Source: an uncultured Bacilli bacterium (GTDB lineage: Bacteria > Bacillota_I > Bacilli_A > RF39 > UBA660). Taken from it: 50,574 bases of DNA. This document shows, in pieces, positions 11,417 to 19,447 of this stretch. The first letter of the stretch is position 1, and each line of letters opens with the position of its first letter. The stretch is from the NCBI GenBank assembly GCA_947627915.1, contig CANQXT010000002.1, positions 1 to 50,574 on the forward strand, given 5' to 3'. The notes under the pieces were generated by a model. That model did not search any database. It saw only the letters and a list, made by a program, of their open reading frames with translations, and was not told where the DNA came from. A program made the position numbers and the translations under genes.

Positions 11417-12534
11417 TAAGTAAACATGTATAATACATTATCATATAAAATTTGATACATTTCTTTATAATTATTACATCTACCAATTGTACATTTTTCT
11501 ACTTTATTAGTATTAATATTATAAATATAGTTTTCTTTCTCAATATTTTCATTATCATAAATTAAAATATGCATAAGATTATTGCTTAAATCATATTCTA
11601 ATTTATAGTTATAGTCATCTTTTTCCTTAAAACAAATTATCTTATTTATCAATTGATAATAAATAGTTTTACAATTTTTTGTGTCTTTAACTAAAGAAGA
11701 ATCCTCTTCTACAAAACCATTTTCTAACAAAACATCTTTAATTAATTTACTATTATTATTCAAGTAACTTATCTCTTCAATTTTGCCTTTATTATATACT
11801 TTACTATTAGTAAAATCTAACGTAAAGATTAATTTTGATTCATATTCTATAATATTGTTTTTATTATCTATTAATTTTAGTTTAATATATAAATTATCTA
11901 AATAATCACTTAAATGTTTTATTTTAATGTAACTTTCAAAATTAGAAAAAACAATATTAATTAGACTAGTGTACTCTTGAATTATGTGATTTCCTTTATC
12001 ATCTTTATAATATAATTCAATACTTAATATATCATCTTTATTTATTTCATTACTTTTTAATTTAATATCACCTAAATATAATAAATCTTTCGTTTTAGTT
12101 TCAATATAGTAACCTTCTAAATAATATATATCACTATTATCAACTCCAACTTGATAAACTTTATATTTATTATAACTACTAATAAATAAGATGGCGATTG
12201 TTACAACTACTGCTAATATACCAACTAAAGTTAAGATTAATTTTATAATCCTGGAATTACGATGACTAACCCGATGGAACTCATTTATAATAGCGTCTAC
12301 TACTTCATCATCAGAATTTTCATCTGCCATTCTTGCTTCCAGTAAATTATAAAATGAAACTTTAAAATATTTACTAATTTGATAAATCATATCAATGTTG
12401 GGATAATTATTACCTGTTTCCCATCTCGATACTGATTTATCCGTCGTTCCTAACTCATCTGCTAATTCTTTTTGCGTTAAACCTTTAGCCTTTCTAAGTT
12501 CAATTATTATATCTCCTAATTTATTACTTTTCAT
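11416..12534 (-). CDS. Membrane-tethered XRE-family HTH transcriptional regulator
   Basis: 372 aa. N-terminal Cro/C1 HTH (LRKAKGLTQKELADELGTTDKSVSRWETG), one TM helix (IIKLILTLVGILAVVVTIAILFI), and a ~250-aa extracytoplasmic domain. Confidence 0.85.
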   Translation of the reverse strand: MKSNKLGDIIIELRKAKGLTQKELADELGTTDKSVSRWETGNNYPNIDMIYQISKYFKVSFYNLLEARMADENSDDEVVDAIINEFHRVSHRNSRIIKLILTLVGILAVVVTIAILFISSYNKYKVYQVGVDNSDIYYLEGYYIETKTKDLLYLGDIKLKSNEINKDDILSIELYYKDDKGNHIIQEYTSLINIVFSNFESYIKIKHLSDYLDNLYIKLKLIDNKNNIIEYESKLIFTLDFTNSKVYNKGKIEEISYLNNNSKLIKDVLLENGFVEEDSSLVKDTKNCKTIYYQLINKIICFKEKDDYNYKLEYDLSNNLMHILIYDNENIEKENYIYNINTNKVEKCTIGRCNNYKEMYQILYDNVLYMFT

Positions 12535-12565
12535 ACTTCACCACAATTTTTTGTACCACTAAAAT

Positions 12566-13189
12566 TTATATATCCTTTCTTTTACATCGATTATTAAAGA
12601 TACAGTCATTACATAAGGGGTTTTTACTCTTACAAAAGTATCTACCAAATAAAACTAATTGATGATGTAATCTACTCCATTTATCTTTGGGAAAAAATTG
12701 CATTAGTTTTTTCTCAATTATTAAAACATCATCATTTTTATTGGCAATATCTAATCTTTTGGAAACTCTACTAACATGAGTATCAACAGCAAAAGTAGGT
12801 TCATTAAATAAATTAGCTAGAATCAAATTAGTAGTTTTTCGACCAACCCCAGGTAAACTTTCTAAATATTCTCGATTATTTGGAACAATACCATTATAAT
12901 CGATAATTAATCTTTTAGCAATTTCTTTTATATAATAGGCTTTTCTCTTAAATGTTCCCACTGGTTTAATAATATCTTCAATAACCTTTATATCTAAATT
13001 ACTTATTTCTTCTAAAGAATATTTAAATAATTCTTTAGTAACTATATTAACTCTTTTATCCGTTGATTGAGCAGATAAAACAGTAGCCATTAATAATTCA
13101 TAATCCTTAGTATAATCAAGTTCACAATGGGGATTTGGAATTATTTTATCTAAATATTCGATTATTTCTTTACTACTTATCATAATCAT
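12566..13189 (-). CDS. nth: Endonuclease III
   Basis: 207 aa with an HhH-GPD region (LPGVGRKTTNLILA..AVDTHVSRV) and a C-terminal 4Fe-4S motif CKSKNPLCNDCIFNNRC. Follows dnaD, as in Bacillus. Confidence 0.95.
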   Translation of the reverse strand: MIMISSKEIIEYLDKIIPNPHCELDYTKDYELLMATVLSAQSTDKRVNIVTKELFKYSLEEISNLDIKVIEDIIKPVGTFKRKAYYIKEIAKRLIIDYNGIVPNNREYLESLPGVGRKTTNLILANLFNEPTFAVDTHVSRVSKRLDIANKNDDVLIIEKKLMQFFPKDKWSRLHHQLVLFGRYFCKSKNPLCNDCIFNNRCKRKDI

Positions 13190-13814
13190 CTAACCAATCA
13201 TAATCAAAAACACTAGTCTCTTCTAATTTTTTATTATTTTCATTATTAATATTTTTATTTTGATAATAATTTTCTACATCTTCTTTAGTTTTAATTCCTT
13301 TTTTTTGCCATTCATATAAAATAGTATCAATATATTTCGTATTAACTGCTCCATTATATATTGCTTCATCTAATGCTGCTAAAACTAAATCTTCATTATA
13401 CATCTCTTCACTCCAGGCTTTTATAAGTTCTGTTTCTTGACTATATAATGGTCTTTTAAATTTCTTTTCAAAGATAGTAAAAATATCTTCTTTAATTAAT
13501 TTCTTCTTTTCTTTTATTTTTTCTACTTCAATATCATGATAAAAACCTTCTAAAGATATTTTATCAATTCTTTTACCAAGTTCATTCTTATCGCTTTCTA
13601 ATTTAATAATATTTTTACTAATTAAATTATTAAAAGCATTTAAAATATCTTTTTTATCTATTTTTAATTTAGAACTTATTCTTTCTAAATCAAATATTAA
13701 ATCATCAGCATTAACAAAATAAAGCAATAATAAAAATTCTTGTAAAGATACATTTAACTTATAAGTTGCTTCAATAAAATCAGTATCCACTACATATTTT
13801 TTACTATTACTCAT
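13173..13814 (-). CDS. dnaD: DnaD-domain replication initiation / helicase-loading protein
   Basis: 213 aa. The C-terminal DnaB_2/DnaD repeat pattern (..YIDTILYEWQKKGIKTKEDVE) and dnaD-nth synteny support the call. Confidence 0.75.
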   Translation of the reverse strand: MSNSKKYVVDTDFIEATYKLNVSLQEFLLLLYFVNADDLIFDLERISSKLKIDKKDILNAFNNLISKNIIKLESDKNELGKRIDKISLEGFYHDIEVEKIKEKKKLIKEDIFTIFEKKFKRPLYSQETELIKAWSEEMYNEDLVLAALDEAIYNGAVNTKYIDTILYEWQKKGIKTKEDVENYYQNKNINNENNKKLEETSVFDYDWLDDYDK

Positions 13815-14904
13815 TTTTCTTACCTTCCTGTCTATTTTTTAAATAATTAATTAATATTTTATTTTTATTTTCTAATTTACCATCTAGTATTTTATTAATT
13901 AAATGTCTTTTAATCTTTTTAATTTTTTCACTAGGTTTTATCTTTAGAATAGTCATAATTTCTTCACTAGTTATATCTAAATCTTCGGCAAATTGAATTG
14001 GCATATCATTAAACATTTTATTTATTTTTTTCTTACTTATATTTAATATTTGTCCTGCAACTAAAGAAGTATATAAACCATAAGTAAATAATATTTTATT
14101 ATCGATATATCCTTTGTTTATTATTTGCCTAATTTTTATTATATTTCTCTTTTCTTGTTTTGTAAATGTAAAATATGAAGAAAATTCTAATTGCGACCAC
14201 ATCCCACATAAATCACTAACATAAGTAATATCATCATATTTAATATTTAAAAGATCTAATATTTTTAATTCTTTAAGTAAAGATAAACCTTTATTATAAT
14301 TAGGACTTAATAATATTTTATTTAATTCTCCTTTAATTCTATCTTTAGATAAAGTATTAATTAACTGATAATTATCTTTTATTTCTTTTAATAAATTATC
14401 TTCAATATTAAAATTTAAAGTACAAGAAAATCTTATTGCTCGTAATATTCTTAATGGATCTTCAATTAATCTTTCTTTAATATTACCATTCATCTTAATT
14501 AAAAAATTATTTAAATCATTTACGCCATTAACTAAATCAATAACTTGTTCATCTTTATCCATACAAATAGAATTAATTGTAAAATCTCTTCTTTTAATAT
14601 CTTCATTTAAATCATCTATATAGATAAGTTCAGTAGGTCTTCTATTTTCATATTTTAATTCTTTGCGAAAAGTTGTAATATCTATATTATAATTTTTTAT
14701 TTTTAAATTAAAACCACCATAATCATTTTTCTTATTATAGCTCGGAAATAAACGATGAATATCTTTAGGTAAAGCATTAGTACAAATATCAATATCATTA
14801 GATTTAATACCGAGTAAATAATCTCTAACAAATCCTCCGACTAAATAAGCTTTAAAACCATCATCTTCTAATTTTTTTAATATATTTTTTATTATTTTAT
14901 CCAT
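13807..14904 (-). CDS. cca: CCA-adding tRNA nucleotidyltransferase
   Basis: GGFVRDYLLGIKSNDIDI and RRDFTINS motifs. The start is moved to ATG 14902-14904 (MDKIIKN), 10 nt after the mutM stop. The ORF track extends to 14955. Confidence 0.9.
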   Translation of the reverse strand: MDKIIKNILKKLEDDGFKAYLVGGFVRDYLLGIKSNDIDICTNALPKDIHRLFPSYNKKNDYGGFNLKIKNYNIDITTFRKELKYENRRPTELIYIDDLNEDIKRRDFTINSICMDKDEQVIDLVNGVNDLNNFLIKMNGNIKERLIEDPLRILRAIRFSCTLNFNIEDNLLKEIKDNYQLINTLSKDRIKGELNKILLSPNYNKGLSLLKELKILDLLNIKYDDITYVSDLCGMWSQLEFSSYFTFTKQEKRNIIKIRQIINKGYIDNKILFTYGLYTSLVAGQILNISKKKINKMFNDMPIQFAEDLDITSEEIMTILKIKPSEKIKKIKRHLINKILDGKLENKNKILINYLKNRQEGKKNE

Positions 14905-14914
14905 TTTATACCTT

Positions 14915-15733
14915 CTATTTTTGACAATGTTCACAATAATAAGTACTTCTGCCACCTATTTTAATTTTCTTTATGATATTTCCACAGACAACACAATTTT
15001 TTCCTTCTCTTTTATGAACTTTCAAATAATTTTGGTAAGAACCACTTACTCCTAAACTTGAGGTATAACTTCTAATAGTAGTTCCACCATTCTTAATTGC
15101 GTTAGTAATTATTTCATTTGTGGAAGATACAATTTTAGCGCATTCTTCTAAAGATATGGTACTTGCTTTTCTTAAGGGATTTATTTGACTTTGAAATAAA
15201 ACTTCATCAGCATAAATATTTCCTAAACCACTTATAATAGTTTGATCTAATAAAATAGTTTTCATAGGTAATTTTTTATTATTAAATTTATCTTTTAAAT
15301 ATTCTTTTGTTAAGCCCTTACTATTAGGTTCCATTCCTTGTTTTTTAATCTCTTCTGTATTTTCTAAATCTTCTTTTTTAACTATTTTCATTCGACCAAA
15401 TTTTCTTGTATCGTGATATCTAAGATCTATATTATCAGTAAATGTAATAATTAAATGTTCATGTTTATTAATTTCTTCTTTATGATCTTTAAGAAAATAT
15501 TTACCTTCCATTCTTAAATGACTTAATAAATAATATTTATCTAATTCAAATATTAACCATTTTCCTCGACGTAAAATATCTTTAAAACTATTATTTATTA
15601 ATATTTTTTTAAATTCATCGGGATTATTTTCAATTATCTTATCATAAATAATATTAACATCTTTTATTTTCTTATTTAATATTTGTTTTTTTAAAACATT
15701 TCTTACTGTTTCAACTTCTGCAATCTCAGGCAT
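14915..15733 (-). CDS. mutM: Formamidopyrimidine-DNA glycosylase
   Basis: MPEIAEVETV N-terminus (catalytic Pro2), an H2TH region, and a C-terminal zinc finger CVVCG..YYCEHCQ. Start at ATG 15731-15733. Confidence 0.95.
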   Translation of the reverse strand: MPEIAEVETVRNVLKKQILNKKIKDVNIIYDKIIENNPDEFKKILINNSFKDILRRGKWLIFELDKYYLLSHLRMEGKYFLKDHKEEINKHEHLIITFTDNIDLRYHDTRKFGRMKIVKKEDLENTEEIKKQGMEPNSKGLTKEYLKDKFNNKKLPMKTILLDQTIISGLGNIYADEVLFQSQINPLRKASTISLEECAKIVSSTNEIITNAIKNGGTTIRSYTSSLGVSGSYQNYLKVHKREGKNCVVCGNIIKKIKIGGRSTYYCEHCQK

Positions 15734-15835
15734 GATTATCACCAATAATATTGTAACACGTATCTTGTATTTCCAAAAGTTAATATTGCTTTTTTATTAT
15801 TTTTTATAAAAAAAATCTAGTTCAAACTAGATTCT

Positions 15836-17272
15836 TTATATCTTATAAATTTTATCTTTATTACGATAATATAATTTTCCTATTATAGTTATTAATACTA
15901 TTATTCCAATAATACCTACAATACTATAAAATCCTGTTTGGGGATTTTCAACAGTTTTATCAGCATTAGGTGATGTTTGGGGTTTATTTTCTGTTATAAT
16001 ATCTTCAGTTTTACCAGGATCTACCGGAGTTTCAGGTTTAGGATCATTATTTTCTAATACATTTGATAAATATGCAGTATATGTATTATCTTGATTATCA
16101 TCATATTTTACATAATAACCTTGAGGTGTTGTAATATTAGTATCTTCTATAATATTATTTAAAATAATTTTGCCATCATAAAAGTTTAAATTATATCCTT
16201 CACGATAACCATATTTAAAATTACCACTATTTATATATATTAATGGTGATTCACTTGTTACATTATCATCATTCTTACCAATTGTAATATTATTAAATAA
16301 AATTCCTTCACTATTTTTAGCATCAATAACCCCACCATTTATATAAAAATGATTATTATCTTTAGTATTAGAAGCATCACTTAAAATATAAGCTTTAGTA
16401 TTTGAAGTAATTGTTCCGTTATTAAAAATAATATCTACATTTTTAGCTAACACACCAAATAATAAAGCAGAATCAATTGTATTAAAAGTACCATTATTTA
16501 TTTCTATTGTTGTTTTATTTTCACCAAATAAACTAGCAAAAGAATTAACAATATTTTTTACATTAAAAACACCATTATTAATAATTGTACTACTTCCAGT
16601 CTCAAAATCTATTAATGCTGTATTAGAAGTAAAATTTCCATTATTTATAGTAAATGTACCAGATGTATTTCTAATATGAAATGTATTCATATTAAAGTTA
16701 TATGTTCCATCTTCAATTGTAACTAAATTTCGATTTTCAAGAAAAACACCTTGAGTTGTATAATTACCATTTTTAATAGTAACTTCTCCTGTTTTAATAT
16801 TTAGTATAAAATAAGACATACTTTCACCATTTAAGGTAACTTCTTCTAAAGATAATTTTCCTGAATTATAAAAATAATAATTAGCTTCAATATGTTCTGT
16901 ATTTAAATCATCAATATTTAAATTATTTAAGGATAATTCACCAGATTCTTGATTATTTATTGAAACAGGAAAATCTCCAGTTGTTGTAGCAATCAATTTA
17001 CCTGGTCCTTTTATTTCTAATTTACCACTATTATTTATATTACTATTAAAAGAATGACTATTTAAATTAAGACTAATATTTTTATCTTCACTAACTTTTA
17101 TTGAAGTTGCTTCATCACTTAATAAAAGTATTTCATCATTTTCAACTGCTTCATCAATTGCTTCTTGTAAAGTTTCATACTCTTGTTCTTTAATTTTAGC
17201 CACATTTTCAGCATTAACAATACTAGGATACAAAAATAATATTGTTAATACAGTTAAAATAACTCTTCTCAT
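15836..17272 (-). CDS. Cell-wall-anchored beta-helix repeat surface protein with NPQTG sorting signal
   Basis: 478 aa with a signal peptide and repeated NNG(N/V/T)F..N units typical of right-handed beta-helix adhesins. C-terminus is NPQTG + hydrophobic helix + YRNKDKIYKI. Confidence 0.8.
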   Translation of the reverse strand: MRRVILTVLTILFLYPSIVNAENVAKIKEQEYETLQEAIDEAVENDEILLLSDEATSIKVSEDKNISLNLNSHSFNSNINNSGKLEIKGPGKLIATTTGDFPVSINNQESGELSLNNLNIDDLNTEHIEANYYFYNSGKLSLEEVTLNGESMSYFILNIKTGEVTIKNGNYTTQGVFLENRNLVTIEDGTYNFNMNTFHIRNTSGTFTINNGNFTSNTALIDFETGSSTIINNGVFNVKNIVNSFASLFGENKTTIEINNGTFNTIDSALLFGVLAKNVDIIFNNGTITSNTKAYILSDASNTKDNNHFYINGGVIDAKNSEGILFNNITIGKNDDNVTSESPLIYINSGNFKYGYREGYNLNFYDGKIILNNIIEDTNITTPQGYYVKYDDNQDNTYTAYLSNVLENNDPKPETPVDPGKTEDIITENKPQTSPNADKTVENPQTGFYSIVGIIGIIVLITIIGKLYYRNKDKIYKI

Positions 17273-17304
17273 TTTTTTAAAACCTCTCTTTACTTTATAA
17301 CAGA

Positions 17305-17334
17305 ATTATATATTACCATCACCTTAAGTGTCAA
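17305..17334 (-). promoter_or_regulatory. Sigma-A promoter TTGACA-18-TATAAT plus conserved leader GTTATAAAGTAAAG
   Basis: Read on the minus strand upstream of 15836..17272. The leader (17288..17301) is identical to 27517..27530. Confidence 0.5.
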
Positions 17335-17381
17335 GTTTGAACATTAATATTATTATTTGAATTTTTTAAAAATATATACCC

Positions 17382-17410
17382 TAAAAAGAAAGAGATTTTT
17401 ATTCTCTTTC
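17382..17410 (-). terminator. Rho-independent terminator of the cassette operon
   Basis: Minus strand reads GAAAGAGA-ataaaaa-TCTCTTTC followed by TTTTT. Homologous hairpin at 49226..49251. Confidence 0.6.
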
Positions 17411-17411
17411 A

Positions 17412-17447
17412 GGGTTAAGTTTCTATTTTATATCGTCTTCGTTGACG
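17412..17447. repeat. Conserved 3'-flank element 'X' (copy A)
   Basis: GGGTTAAGTTTCTATTTTA-tat-CGTCTTCGTTGACG lies 2 nt beyond the stop of 17450..18892. It is nearly identical to 49162..49195, which has a 1-nt linker. It contains a CGTC/GACG mini-palindrome. Confidence 0.6.
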
Positions 17448-17449
17448 AG

Positions 17450-18892
17450 TTAATTAGATGGAGAAAGAACGAGACGAAAGCCATAGGCTTCGGAAGCAAT
17501 ACCATTATGCCCATCGAAGTGAAACTGACCAGCCATGACTCCATCGGCTTGACATCCTCCTCGAAGGAACCACGGGTAAGAAGAGTCAATGAAGTACGAG
17601 TCATCAGCATACCAAACGTTATGATAATGTTTAGCACTATTTTTATCCCAATAGTAATAGAATGGTCCCATCTCTCCTGTTGCATCTCCTAAGATTCTGT
17701 TACTATATGAGTTAGTATCACTTGGATATTTATCTATATAACCATTTTCTACCTCTTTTGTTAAGTCTAATTCATTTGTAAAACCACTACTACCTACAGT
17801 TCCTTCCCTATAAGCAGCCATATATTCGTGTGCTCCTCCAGACATATCATATACACCTGTTATATTTCCAGTTGTACTTGCTAAGTAACCTGTTGGAGTA
17901 TTATATGGTTGAGTTGTTTTGTCATCTGTTCCATATGTTCCTAGATAAATACTTTGATCAGTATTTGCTGCTGCGCTATATCCTGTTTTATATTCTGAAT
18001 TATTATTTATTCTTATTTCTGTTCCTATTCCATATTTAGAATGTGATAAGTATGCTACTGCTCCCCATTCTGTATTCTTCATCATATGACTATCTAATGT
18101 CTCTCTTGCATAATTTTTTCCGGCATCAAAAAATGTTTTTACTGTTGCACTTCGCCATGAGGTTACGTTTGGCTTTACTACCATATCGGTTGATGATGTT
18201 CCTCCGGTTTCGAACTTTCCTACCCATATGCCACTTAATTCTTTATCTCCTAATGTAAATGCTGGATGGGTTAACCAGTCTCCATCTTTTGCAGCACTAC
18301 TTTTATTTGTTTCTTTACTTTCAAACTCGATATTGATTAATCTTGCTTGTCCTAATGCTTGGGTTGTTGAGGTATTATAATTATCATTTGTTAATGTATT
18401 TCCTTCTTTTGCATCATTATCACTATTTATATGCCATACTTGATATTTATATCTTGGTATCCAGACAAAGTATCCATTTATATCAGTTTCTTCTATTTTT
18501 TGTCCTACCGAATAACTTTTACCTTTTTGTAATATTACGGCATTAGCCCATCTTTTCTCACTATAGTTATACCATTCACTATGTTTATTGGCATAATATA
18601 CATCTCCATTTGGTTTTATCTCTACTGGTATTAAATCTCCTTTTAGTACAGGATCATTTCCTTTTAATTCTTTATCAGTCCATTCTTCCTTATGTAACCC
18701 ACTTCTTTCATATAATTCATCTATGGATTCTTGAACATTATTATGTTCTCCATGACTTGTTGTATTATCATATGTTACTTCTTCACTATCTATCATTGTA
18801 CTTTCGGCATATACGATACTTATTGATATTATTACTATTCCTATTATTATTCCTATTAATATCTTATAATTATTTTTTATTACTTTCTTCAT
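17450..18892 (-). CDS. Secreted FGE-sulfatase / C-type-lectin-fold (SUMF1-like) protein with hypervariable C-terminus
   Basis: 480 aa with a signal peptide (..SIVYA/ES). FGE-fold landmarks are VTSWRSATVKTF..KNTEWGAVAYL, GVYDMSGGAHEYM, RGG....GFRLV. The last ~55 codons switch to A-poor, GC-rich codons. Confidence 0.85.
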   Translation of the reverse strand: MKKVIKNNYKILIGIIIGIVIISISIVYAESTMIDSEEVTYDNTTSHGEHNNVQESIDELYERSGLHKEEWTDKELKGNDPVLKGDLIPVEIKPNGDVYYANKHSEWYNYSEKRWANAVILQKGKSYSVGQKIEETDINGYFVWIPRYKYQVWHINSDNDAKEGNTLTNDNYNTSTTQALGQARLINIEFESKETNKSSAAKDGDWLTHPAFTLGDKELSGIWVGKFETGGTSSTDMVVKPNVTSWRSATVKTFFDAGKNYARETLDSHMMKNTEWGAVAYLSHSKYGIGTEIRINNNSEYKTGYSAAANTDQSIYLGTYGTDDKTTQPYNTPTGYLASTTGNITGVYDMSGGAHEYMAAYREGTVGSSGFTNELDLTKEVENGYIDKYPSDTNSYSNRILGDATGEMGPFYYYWDKNSAKHYHNVWYADDSYFIDSSYPWFLRGGCQADGVMAGQFHFDGHNGIASEAYGFRLVLSPSN

Positions 18893-18914
18893 ATCTTAAC
18901 TCTTCTTTCTTTTT

Positions 18915-19355
18915 TTAAAAATTTGCTTTATATAATTCATCTATTGCACATTGAATATTTGTACAATTTGTTCTATTATTTGAATTATCATATATTAATA
19001 TACTGGCCATCAACTTTTCAAAGTACAATATACAATATGTTGTTTCTGTATTACTTAATGTTATTGTTCCATGATTATATTTTATTTCTGGATCTTCTAG
19101 TTTATCTCCTTTTTCATTCATACATTCTGTTTTAGATAAATCTAATGTATATCCTTTCTCTGGCCAATTAGTTTTCTTATATTCTGTATACGTTCCATCT
19201 CCATTTTCATCCCAATATACTGCAAAGACATCTTTATTTATTTTATTATTTTTTATATTTACTTCATTTAAACTTTTACTATTATTTATTTGATACATCA
19301 TATACAATGAAAATATTTCTATTATTACTAGTACTCCTATAATTATCTTCTTCAT
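18915..19355 (-). CDS. Small N-terminally membrane-anchored protein, first gene of the cassette
   Basis: 146 aa. It has one N-terminal TM helix and ends NIQCAIDELYKANF. It lies 22 nt upstream of the FGE-like gene. No family recognised. Confidence 0.75.
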   Translation of the reverse strand: MKKIIIGVLVIIEIFSLYMMYQINNSKSLNEVNIKNNKINKDVFAVYWDENGDGTYTEYKKTNWPEKGYTLDLSKTECMNEKGDKLEDPEIKYNHGTITLSNTETTYCILYFEKLMASILIYDNSNNRTNCTNIQCAIDELYKANF

Positions 19356-19420
19356 TTCTTAACCCTCTCTTTTATGTTGATAACTCTTATCTATTTTGCT
19401 TTTCTCTATTTTATAAGATA

Positions 19421-19447
19421 ATTATATAATACCCCCCCCGGTGTCAA
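19421..19447 (-). promoter_or_regulatory. Sigma-A-type promoter TTGACA-15bp-TATAAT with a G8 run in the spacer (copy 2)
   Basis: Minus strand reads TTGACA(19447-19442) CC G8(19439-19432) TATTA TATAAT(19426-19421). Identical to 141..167. Confidence 0.5.

Noticed and set aside
17357-17692. ORFs 17357..17692 (+), 17428..17685 (-) and 49266..49451 (-) overlapping the 3' tails of the FGE-like genes
   Set aside because: They are stop-free only because this stretch is unusually GC-rich and A-poor. They overlap the clearly homologous main frame. I treat them as a symptom of the compositional anomaly, not as genes.
17830-18918. Four + strand ORFs (L/Y/H-rich) antisense to the FGE-like gene, mirrored at 49494..50381 in the paralog
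   Set aside because: Their conservation merely mirrors the sense-strand paralogy. The composition (LLLYHF..) is what antisense translation of AT-rich codons gives. No start context is present.
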